A stretch of DNA of 63,494 bases, the filler included, from Craspedostauros australis (taxonomy: Eukaryota): assembly GCA_030167865.1 (NCBI GenBank). It is 8 parts of 8 records of this genome, joined end to end, with 100 filler letters (N's around TTAATTAATTAA, not from the genome) between each part and the next. Parts side by side here need not be neighbours in the genome. Positions count along the whole stretch, not along the records: positions 14,243 to 37,609 come from JALAGF010005332.1; positions 37,710 to 43,073 come from JALAGF010005334.1; positions 43,174 to 46,797 come from JALAGF010005336.1; 5 more parts are not named here. The stretch is one strand, 5' to 3'. Shown one piece after another: positions 33,164-43,458 of the stretch (position 1 is the first letter of the stretch; each line of letters starts with the position of its first letter). The notes under the pieces were generated by a model. It worked only from the letters and a program-made list of their open reading frames with translations. It searched no databases and was not told the origin of the DNA. The position numbers and the translations under genes are program-made.

Positions 33164-34777
33164 CTACGATCTTGGTTCGACCATGAACATCTCCTGCCCT
33201 TGGGTGATGTTCTGTTGTTCCAAACTGCTGGATTGATTTTCAGCATCCAAGGCAAAGACCCGGCGCGGGAATCGTGTCACAAGCTGGATGGTTTCGGCAG
33301 GTTGCGACGTGGTGACCTGCGCAAAGTTGAACAGGTCCTGCAAGGTGGCTTTCTGAACATCGAAACGCCGACGAGCGTTTCCAGAGCTGCTGCGCAATTG
33401 GACTGTGCAAACGTTTTGCTTTTGATCCGCCGGGGGTTCTTGGATCAATTTCACAGCTGCAGCGGACGATTGGGCTGCGGCGGTGTCTGACGGATGAATC
33501 ATCGATGATTTGTCTGTCGTTGATGTTGATGCCGCTGATGTCAAAGAAGAACCCAGGGTTCGTCCTCCACCGAGCTTGTTTCCAGTTGATGTGTTGGCGG
33601 AGTCTTGGGATGACTCCGCGGCTGCTCCTGCATGCGCCAACGGTTTTTCCGGAACCGATGCTTCGCCAATATCCACCTCGATGTCTGTGTTGATGCACGT
33701 GATGGCATCAAACGCTGACGGCGTGACCTTGTCCACTGTCATGTCATACTTGATGCCACGATGCCACGTGTGGACAACGTCCTTGATGGCCATGGTTGCG
33801 CGCGTTCGGATGAGAGATTGCTCCAACACCAGCTTGATATCCTTCAGCGCGTAAAAGTTGTTGCGAATGGCGTCAGCTGTTGGCGTGAGCGTACACTTGC
33901 TTCCCTTCGGCAACCTGACCATGCAAATCTCGATCGGCATGCTCGGAACATCGAATGCGCCATACGCAAGATGACCCGGCGTTCTCTCGCTCTGGTCTTC
34001 GGCATTGTCATCAACATGCATGGCGTCGCTATCGTCAGATTTGACCGAGGCAGCAGATGCTGCTGCTGCAGGATCGACAGTTCGAGTGGTTGGGATTTCT
34101 TTCTCTTGGTCCTCCTTGCGACGTCTGAGGGGATCCAGCAACGCCTTGGCAATCGGTTGCGGAATGCCGACATGGCCTTCGTCCTGCGTGAATTCCACAA
34201 CCGTGCAATGCGTGTACGCGAGGTACCTGTGAGTCATTTCATCGAGATACACCGATTGTCGAAATTCACCGTCGCTGTCACCATCCATGGCATCCTCGTC
34301 TTCGTCCTCGTCCATGTCCTGCGCATCGTCCGGAACTTTGACAGTCGCAAGCAACGGCGAGGCAGGTAGAGCGTAGTCAGGATTGGGAATCCCAATGCGA
34401 AAGATCCAGGGATTCCCGCCACCGTTCATCACAGAAGAGTCGCCTGCATCGTCGGAGGTCAGGCGTTCCAAAACCGACGGTGGCAACGCGATTTTGTCGC
34501 CCTCCCCCCAGATGGAAGTCGGTTGCAACAGCAACGCCGGCGATCCCAGCGAGCGGACCTTGAGGGCATCGCGTTCGATCTTCGTGATGAAGGAACGCTG
34601 GTATTCCAACCGCCGTTGCTTCTGCTGCCGTTCGGCACGCAGCTTGGCCTGCTGCTTGCGTCGGAACTCCGCTTCGCGCTGTGCCTTGGCCGACACGACA
34701 CCGCCCTTGCGCTGCCTTCCGCGCATCTTCGATTGGTCCTTCTTGAGCCGTTTGGCTGAGTCCTCGAAGTCGAACAT
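33164..34777 (-). CDS. UFD1-domain plus UBX-domain protein (Cdc48/p97 adaptor)
   Basis: GDKIALPPSVL, THCTVVEFTQDEG, LPKG..CTLTP, IKLVLEQSL, INTDIEVDI (UFD1); VQLR..RRRF..L..F..LVTRFPRR (UBX). Confidence 0.88.
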   Translation of the reverse strand: MFDFEDSAKRLKKDQSKMRGRQRKGGVVSAKAQREAEFRRKQQAKLRAERQQKQRRLEYQRSFITKIERDALKVRSLGSPALLLQPTSIWGEGDKIALPPSVLERLTSDDAGDSSVMNGGGNPWIFRIGIPNPDYALPASPLLATVKVPDDAQDMDEDEDEDAMDGDSDGEFRQSVYLDEMTHRYLAYTHCTVVEFTQDEGHVGIPQPIAKALLDPLRRRKEDQEKEIPTTRTVDPAAAASAASVKSDDSDAMHVDDNAEDQSERTPGHLAYGAFDVPSMPIEICMVRLPKGSKCTLTPTADAIRNNFYALKDIKLVLEQSLIRTRATMAIKDVVHTWHRGIKYDMTVDKVTPSAFDAITCINTDIEVDIGEASVPEKPLAHAGAAAESSQDSANTSTGNKLGGGRTLGSSLTSAASTSTTDKSSMIHPSDTAAAQSSAAAVKLIQEPPADQKQNVCTVQLRSSSGNARRRFDVQKATLQDLFNFAQVTTSQPAETIQLVTRFPRRVFALDAENQSSSLEQQNITQGQEMFMVEPRS

Positions 34778-35684
34778 GGTGGATTGTGCGTGACAAGTTC
34801 GTGAGCGGATGAATGTGATGATGAGCGGTTGAGCCACTGAGCTGTTGGATGCAGAGTGGGAAAAAAGAGTGGCGTCGATTGCCTCTTCGGTTGTTGTGTC
34901 GGATGGAGCTCGAGTGGTGCTTGCAGCAGCCTCGGCGATTTATTTCGCGGGCTTCCGTTTGTGGTTGAGGCTGAGGTTGAGGTTTGGTTAGCAAGTGTAA
35001 TAGATTGCTGTGCTCGTTTTTACTTGAAGAGTATTCAGGAGACAGCGTCAATGCAGTTGAGTCGAGTTGAGTTTGTGTTGGTGTCTGCGTTTTGTGTGTG
35101 TGATGGTTTGTTTGTTGGTGGTGGAAATGACTCAGTGTCGTGTGGACAAGCGTCACTGCGCTTCGCAAAGAGAAGCAAAAAGTGCGGCGGAAGGAACACG
35201 AAAGAAGAACACCGCAAGTTCGTTCGTTTTCGATTCGGTTCATTTCTCGTGTTTCGATTCAATTGATTTGATGGAATCTTTGACTCGTTCGAGTGGTTTC
35301 AGGATTTTCCACGATTGCTCAGTTTTGCGGTCGCTCCCACCACTCTCGAACTGTGGACAAACGCAACCAGAGACACATCCATCAATGCCGCACACAAACC
35401 AAAGATGAACAGAAGTGGGAGCTGAAACAAATGAACCGACCTACCAACGTACATAAGCACATACGAGCTGCGACCGACGAACTACAGAACGATCATCAAC
35501 TCTTCTTTCTGCGTATCCGGCCCTCGCGATGGGGAATAGAGGGAACAAGATGAAAGGCAACAAGAAAACGGACGTGTCGCAAGAGGACAACAGGAAGGAA
35601 ACCAACAACGACGACGAGGAGGGAAAGAGGGACAACCAATCGCACAGCTTCCAGTTCTCCACTGCGTCATCGCGGGCATCTATC

Positions 35685-36227
35685 ATGGATCCTCAGGATC
35701 AACCCATCGTCAACACTGCGGAGGATGCCATCCTGGCAAAGCAGGCGACGGTGCAGGCAGGATATTACGATGATCCTTTCGTCGCCGCATTCTGCCAACC
35801 TCACAACGCCGACGGACCGCCTATTCCCAATTACAATCCCCATCGAAGACGACGACAGTTCCAGCCGATCATCAAACGCGGCACTCATGCGCGCGTGTGT
35901 TGCATGGACCGAGCCATCACCACGTTCCTTGCATCGAATGGCAGTGTCAGTGACAGTGGAAGCAACGATCTGAAAAAGATGAGGCTCCAGGTTGTAGTGC
36001 TTGGAGCTGGGAAAGATACATCGTACTTCCGTTGGAGGGAGGGACTGCTCGGGACAGAAGATAGGTCAGGGTTTCACCTCCATTGGTACGATATCGATCA
36101 TCCCTCCGTCATACAAGAAAAAGCCAGGATCATGCACGCATCTCCGAAATTTCAGCAGAGCAAAAAATCAGATCAGCCAAGCATGTTGCAGGCGACGAAA
36201 AACGGATACAAGATCACACAAGCACCG

Positions 36228-36259
<32 letters not shown>

Positions 36260-36863
36260 ATCATCATCGTGGTCATCATCATCGTCGTCACCATCATCAT
36301 CGTATCACATGATCGGTCATGACCTGAGAACAGCTCCAGAAGACCTCCTCAACAAACTGGAATCCTTCCAATCATACGCACCGACGCTCCTTCTATCGGA
36401 ATGCGTCTTCATGTATATGCCGGTGCAGGAAACGAATGATCTGTTGAAGACGTTCACCACCGTGTGTTCCGATGTCACGCTCTGCGCCTACGAACCCGCC
36501 CTCGGTAACAACACAACGTTTGGACGCATGATGGAACAAAACCTACATCGGGCAAAGGTCGCAATGCCACAATCCTGCCTCTTGCAGCTTCGCACGATTT
36601 CGCAACACCTGCAACGCCTTGTGCACGATGCTGGTTTTCACACATCTGTCGGTTGCGACATGTGGTCTGCCTACCAATCCATCGTCACGCCGCAGCAACG
36701 GCAAATCGCCAACCGTTGTGAATTCTTGGACGAAATGGAGGAATGGATGATGATCATGAGGCACTACACCTTCGTCACGGCTCGTGTGCAGGGCGTGCAG
36801 TTTGACATGACGCAACAGCTTGGGTACAATGAGCGAATGTCGGAACGGCTCAACGCAGAGTAG
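35685..36863 (+). CDS. LCMT1: Leucine carboxyl methyltransferase (PP2A methyltransferase)
   Basis: GYYDDPF, PIIKRGTHARV, QVVVLGAGKDT, DIDHP, DLR, PTLLLSECVFMYM, FGRMM..NL, EFLDEMEEW...HY; poly-Ser insert; upstream in-frame ATGs possible. Confidence 0.93.
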
Positions 36864-37528
36864 ATTGCGCAAGACAGGTTCCCTTTTTGCTCATGGTCGC
36901 TGTGCTAAAATGACTGTCCACAGCATCCGCAGTTGGTTCATCCTCAATAGATATGTATGAGCGTTGTGGAGCAGCAAGCTGCACTCGAAAAGACGATTTA
37001 CCCTCGCTGCACCGCCTGTAGCGGCGTACGCACTCAGTCTCGGAAGCCATCATCGTGTCCCATCGCACTCATTCACAGTGTCACAGAAGTAGGTTCGTTG
37101 TTCAGTAGAGTTAAGACGGTTTGCACAAGAATGATCAGCTTCATGTAGGTTGGCGCGAAGTTGTCTTGACTATCCGCCGCATCCACACTCAACAGTCCAT
37201 CACTGTCAGAAGCACGCGTGTCATCACTTCACACAAGCACAGAGACACAAGACGCCTGGCTGCAAGAAGCAAGCATGAGTCATGGGTCGAGCGATCCTTT
37301 CTGCACAGATCTCGTGCGACAACGATGGTAACTGCAACTTACAAAGCTTCATTGCTTGCATCCTTGCCGTGACTCTCCAGAGAGTATGCTCGGGCGTTAT
37401 GGCGGCAAAGGAAGGTGTAGAGTCAAAGGACAAGATCTCAGCGCTGGAGAGGCATCGTGGTTTCCATGCAAGCAATGAACATAAGGTATTTGAACTAATA
37501 ATTTCGTGTCTAAGGCATCAAGAAGTGA

Positions 37529-37610
37529 GACACTGTGGCCGAGTGGTTAAGGCGAGAGATTCGAAATCTCTTGGAGTTTCTCCGCGTAGGTTCGAACCCT
37601 GCCAGTGTCN
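37529..37610 (+). tRNA. tRNA-Ser (anticodon CGA)
   Basis: Acceptor stem GACACTG/CAGTGTC, D arm TGGCCGAGTGGTTAAGGC, anticodon arm AGAGA-TTCGAAA-TCTCT, long variable arm, GGTTCGAACCC; discriminator base is N. Confidence 0.95.
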
Positions 37611-37709
37611 NNNNNNNNNNNNNNNNNNNNNNNNNNNNNNNNNNNNNNNNNNNTTAATTAATTAANNNNNNNNNNNNNNNNNNNNNNNNNNNNNNNNNNN
37701 NNNNNNNNN

Positions 37710-40700
37710 ACCATGATTCGATCTCCTCCTTCATCGATATCATCATTGTCGCTCCAGTCTTGCTGCAGCAAGCGACCATGTACTGCGTAGATGGTTTCAG
37801 ACATGTCTGCGATCTGCCAGCGAAAGTGGTTGTCCGGCGAGTCGTAGAGAGCCAAAGTGGAGAGTGCAGTCCTGATCATATCGCAGGCAGCTTCTTCAGC
37901 GGCAGTCAAGCGGGCTCTGGCATTGCTGTCCACTTGTGCGATGTGTGGATTGATACGTCCACAGGAGTCCTGTTTGAGTTTTTCAAGCTCGGACATGGAA
38001 GTTGTCATGTGGATTGCTGCTTTCTCAATGCTATGCAGTGGTTCAGTGATTGGGCTGTTGCTTCCGTTGGCTCCTTTCAGGAGTTCAATCGCTGAGAGAA
38101 TCAAGCTTGACAAGTGGACGGCCGTCACAGCATCAATGGATGGTGAGGTCTGGTGAATTGGTTGGCAGACGAAGGCCTGAGCCATGCCACCCATCTGGCT
38201 GTATTCAAGGCGTTGTGGAGGAGCTCTCTTTCTGNGGTTGGATCGTCTTGCTTCAATCCGTGCCGATCGACGGACTGGTTGCTGCTGTCGATTTCGTCTG
38301 CGACGCTCCCTCTGTTGAGGTGCTGGGTTCGATGCGATTGGAGATGTTGCTGGCTGAGCCTTCGCTGAGCTAGCATCAGGTGTCTCCACGCTGGGTCTGT
38401 CATGGTCCATGGTGTCCTGATCNNNNNNNNNNNNNNNNNNNNNNNNNNNNNNNNNNNNNNNNNNNNNNNNNNCCTGATCATATCGCAGGCAGCTTCTTCA
38501 GCGGCAGTCAAGCGGGCTCTGGCATTGCTGTCCACTTGTGCGATGTGTGGATTGATACGTCCACAGGAGTCCTGTTTGAGTTTTTCAAGCTCGGACATGG
38601 AAGTTGTCATGTGGATTGCTGCTTCCTCAATGCTGTGCAGTGGTTCAGTGATTGGGCTGTTGCTTCCGTTGGCTCCTTTCAGGAGTTCAATCGCTGAGAG
38701 AATCGAGCTTGACAAGTGGGCGGCCGTCACAGCATCAATGGATGGTGAGGTCTGGTGAATTGGTTGGCAGACGAAGGCCTGAGCCATGCCACCCATCTGG
38801 CTGTATTCAAGGCGTTGTGGAGGAGCTCTCTTTCTGGGGTTGGATCGTCTTGCTTCAATCCGTGCCGATCGACGGACTGGTTGCTGCTGTCGGTTTCGTC
38901 TGTGACGCTCCCTCTGTTGAGGTGCTGGGTTCGATGCGATTGGAGATGTTGCTGGCTGGGCCTTCGCTGAGCTAGCATTGGGTGCCTCCACACTGGATCT
39001 GTCATGGTCCATGGTGTCCTGATCGTCAGATGGGAGTGGCATGTTGTCATTGTCGTCACCCCCGTCGTCATGAGTAGTCTCCGGGCGCGATGGTGGGACT
39101 GAGTCTCGCAAGCTGGCCTTCTCCATATGGTTCTGGCCTTCTCTTGGTGCATCAGTTGCAGCACTTGTTGGTTGAGCTGTTGGTGGTGCAGAGACTTCAT
39201 CCGGTGCTGGTGCAGTATCTGATGGTGATGGTGGGAGCTCCGGTCCAAGTTCCACAGGAAGCGGCTCTGATGGTCGATGTGTTGCATTCGCTTGCTCTGC
39301 GAGCTGGCGATTCAGATCATAGTCACGACTGCCCTGCTCCTCTGCTTCCTGGTCCTGCTGCTTGAGGCGTTCCAAATCTTCTTCATCAAAGGGAAACTTG
39401 TACTCGGAGTCTCCAAACAGGTTCTTCCATTGCTCAGAGTCGTAGTCGGGAAGATTGAATGGATCAGAAGGCACAGTGGCGAACCAGTCGTCAAACACCA
39501 CGTGAAATTGCGGTGTGATGCTTCCGGTCTTGAGATTCAGGACCAGTGGGACGGTTGAGGCGTGCTTCTCGGAGAGGCCGACGTGCACAAAACGATTGCT
39601 CCGGGCCTTCCACTTTGGGATCTTCTTTCCATCTCCAACTCGGTGGTCCAGCACATACGTTGGGCATCCCCAGACGTGCAAGTTGTGAAAATGCTTCTGT
39701 GGGAAGCGGATTCGGGAGAGGATGTCGAATGGAGAGAGGCCGTTCGTGAGGTTTGGCAGACGGTTGAAAATGAAGGCTGAATGGCGGATTGCCATCGGCC
39801 AAAGTGGTACGGCGTCCAGATCGGGCCAGTGCAGAGTAGCATGAAGCATCATGGTTCGAGCGCTTGACACCACGGTGCGAATGCTTCGCTCGGCGATGCC
39901 GTTGTGGTGATGCGCTCCTCGTCCTGCGTATCGATGAGACTGATGGAAGTTTCGAAGGTGGTCAGCATAGTCGGATGAGGTGAACGCCCTTCCATTGTCG
40001 CTTTGGTATTGTTGGACAACAATGCCGAGATCTCGACACATGCTCTCGAACTTCTCCTTTGCTCTGATCATGTCTTGAGATGATGTAGACAGGACTGGCT
40101 CAGCGAAGATGAATCCTGAAGCATGGTCGACGAATACGATGCCGGCTCCGTACATTTCGTCATCGCTCCCTTTTCCATATCCCGAAAAGAGTCGTCCCTT
40201 TCCACCCCCTTCAAAATGATCCACAGAGACGAGTTGGCCAGGCCGAAGATTACCGAACTTGATGGCTCCCTCTCGATCACGTACTGGTCGGTGCAGATGG
40301 CCAGGGCTTGAGCGACAGACTTGTTTCCCAAACTGGCATNNNNNNNNNNNNNNNNNNNNNNNNNNNNNNNNNNNNNNNNNNNNNNNNNNTGCTCTGATCA
40401 TGTCTTGAGAAGATGTAGACAGGACTGGCTCAGCGAAGATGAATCCTGAAGCATGGTCGACGAATACGATGCCAGCTCCGTACATTTCGTCATCGCTCCC
40501 TTTTCCATATCCCGAGAAGAGTCGTCCCTTTCCACCCCCTTCAAAATGATCCACAGAGACGAGTTGGCCAGGCCGAAGANNNNNNNNNNNNNNNNNNNNN
40601 NNNNNNNNNNNNNNNNNNNNNNNNNNNNNNNNNNNNNNNNNNNNNNNNNNNNNNNNNNNNNNNNNNNNNNNNNNNNNNNNNNGAAGTGTGGCGAGGCGGG

Positions 40701-43073
40701 AGGCGCTTGCTTGTAGCTTGCGTGCGGCTTCGGTGTGCGCCAGGGTTCCCGAACGAAAAAGGTGCTGGATCTTCCGCATGTCATTGTGGCCCAGGCATTG
40801 GTGCCAACGCAGCAGCTCCTTCTGTGGTTCAGACAGGTTGCGGTTGGCGGAGGAAACAGTAGTGATGGTTGCATTGAGGGCATGTGGAATGCGCTCGGTC
40901 AATGACTTCATGTTGTATGCCTTGGAAGTTGGAAGCTTGTTCTTGGGATTGATCTCGATGTTGATCTCTCCCTCTCTTCCTTGGACCTTCCACCTGCCAT
41001 TCACATACTGCAGCTCGCCTGGATACATTCTTTCGAANNNNNNNNNNNNNNNNNNNNNNNNNNNNNNNNNNNNNNNNNNNNNNNNNNNNNNNNNNNNNNN
41101 NNNNNNNNNNNNNNNNNNNNNNNNNATGCCCCATTCCACGGTTCCCACCAAGTGGTCAGATCGTCCTCCAAACAGCCCTGTCAGTTTCTTGGCTTGGTTT
41201 CCAATTGGCCTTCTGGGTTCGGAGACGAAGTCGGACTTGTCATGTGAGATACAGACGGTGGATCCGCTGTCCCAAANNNNNNNNNNNNNNNNNNNNNNNN
41301 NNNNNNNNNNNNNNNNNNNNNNNNNNNNNNNNNNNNNNNNNNNNNNNNNNNNNNNNNNNNNNNNNNNNNNNNNNNNNNNNNNNNNNNNNNNNNNNNNNNN
41401 NNNNNNNNNNNNNNNNNNNNNNNNNNNNNNNNNNNNNNNNNNNNNNNNNNNNNNNNNNNNNNNNNNNNNNNNNNNNNNNNNNNNNNNNNNNNNNNNNNNN
41501 NNNNNNNNNNNNNNNNNNNNNNNNNNNNNNNNNNNNNNNNNNNNNNNNNNNNNNNNNNNNNNNNNNNNNNNNNNNNNNNNNNNNNNNNNNNNNNNNNNNN
41601 NNNNNNNNNNNNNNNNNNNNNNNNNNNNNNNNNNNNNNNNNNNNNNNNNNNNNNNNNNNNNNNNNNNNNNNNNNNNNNNNNNNNNNNNNNNNNNNNNNNN
41701 NNNNNNNNNNNNNNNNNNNNNNNNNNNNNNNNNNNNNNNNNNNNNNNNNNNNNNNNNNNNNNNNNNNNNNNNNNNNNNNNNNNNNNNNNNNNNNNNNNNN
41801 NNNNNNNNNNNNNNNNNNNNNNNNNNNNNNNNNNNNNNNNNNNNNNNNNNNNNNNNNNNNNNNNNNNNNNNNNNNNNNNNNNNNNNNNNNNNNNNNNNNN
41901 NNNNNNNNNNNNNNNNNNNNNNNNNNNNNNNNNNNNNNNNNNNNNNNNNNNNNNNNNNNNNNNNNNNNNNNNNNNNNNNNNNNNNNNNNNNNNNNNNNNN
42001 NNNNNNNNNNNNNNNNNNNNNNNNNNNNNNNNNNNNNNNNNNNNNNNNNNNNNNNNNNNNNNNNNNNNNNNNNNNNNNNNNNNNNNNNNNNNNNNNNNNN
42101 NNNNNNNNNNNNNNNNNNNNNNNNNNNNNNNNNNNNNNNNNNNNNNNNNNNNNNNNNNNNNNNNNNNNNNNNNNNNNNNNNNNNNNNNNNNNNNNNNNNN
42201 NNNNNNNNNNNNNNNNNNNTGGAATTGGCTCTTGGCCGTGGGTTGGAGAAAGCCGTGCTTCTGAATCTGTGCTTGTTCGGGTTGTTCTCAAGACCAATCA
42301 CACAATGACTGCGTCGCCTCAGCCCAGCTGCTCTTGCTCTGGGATGCATGTTGGTTGATGCATGCATTGCAGATACTGGAGGGTCGAAGCGAGAGCGGTG
42401 GTGGCGGAGACGAATCGGAGCACNACGATGAAAGTTGATCCAANCCTTGGGTTGGGCTCGGTCACGACGGCGACCTTTCTTTTCCCAATAGGCTTCGCAG
42501 CGGCGTTGCCAACGGGGCTTGGGAACTGGACCATCAGGGTGGCGAGGCATGTCATGGTGCTTGTGTGCCAGGTATGTTGCAGTGACCATCCATGCTGCAA
42601 TCGAGGCTGTCTCCCACCCGTGCATGATTGCAAAGATGAGGACCTGGATGAGCAGCGGAATGAAAAGAGGAAAGGCACCAATGAGGAGAGCCAATGGACC
42701 AAGGTAGGCCTGGATGATTTGGAACCACCCAGATGGACTTTCTTCCNNNNNNNNNNNNNNNNNNNNNNNNNNNNNNNNNNNNNNNNNNNNNNNNNNNNNN
42801 NNNNNNNNNNNNNNNNNNNNNNNNNNNNNNNNNNNNNNNNNNNNNNNNNNNNNNNNNNNNNNNNNNNNNNNNNNNNNNNNNTTGCACTTGGCACACCACT
42901 TGAAAGTGGAGCTCCTGACAACCTTCTGGTGCGGTTCACCCTTGGAAGGGGGAACAGAACGCCAACTGGTGTTGGAAGAACCCTTCTTAGCGTTGTTGGA
43001 ACCCTTCTTGCCCTTGCTGCTGTGGTTGGAGCCTGCACCTTTCTTCAGATTGGGGCAGTTGGCCTTGACATGA
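37710..43073 (-). mobile_element. Internal fragment of Ty1/copia element C (gag end-PR-INT-spacer), gapped
   Basis: Gag W..PP..GEP..K..FKWCAKC near 42883-42970; WDSGSTVCIS; LLRWHQCLGH; VSVDHF, QSDNG, HHNGIAERSIR, PQFHVVFDDWF; same family type as element D. Confidence 0.9.
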
Positions 43074-43458
43074 NNNNNNNNNNNNNNNNNNNNNNNNNNN
43101 NNNNNNNNNNNNNNNNNTTAATTAATTAANNNNNNNNNNNNNNNNNNNNNNNNNNNNNNNNNNNNNNNNNNNNTTTTCTTGTGATTCTCATGTTGTGTAC
43201 GGACTGCATCTTGTTGTTTTTTGGCTTTTTTCATTCTGGTCCACAGATCCTTCGCCTCTTCATGCCATCGTACACATTCGACAGCTACAGAGCCAGCATG
43301 TTCCCCTCTCTTCCAAGGGGGGTTGCGGACGTTGTTGCGACTCTCTTGCCAGTTCACTTGTTGCATTCCGTCAGCAGGATTCGTCTAGTTACAACAAGCA
43401 AACATTGTACATTCTGACCCCACTATTTATGGTATTCTCCTTTGCCTTGCTGAGGCGG

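Noticed and set aside
37871..40579. Duplications in element C; similar ones at 45915-46434, 52252-52800 and 62485-63205
   Set aside because: Same gap-flanking overlap artefact
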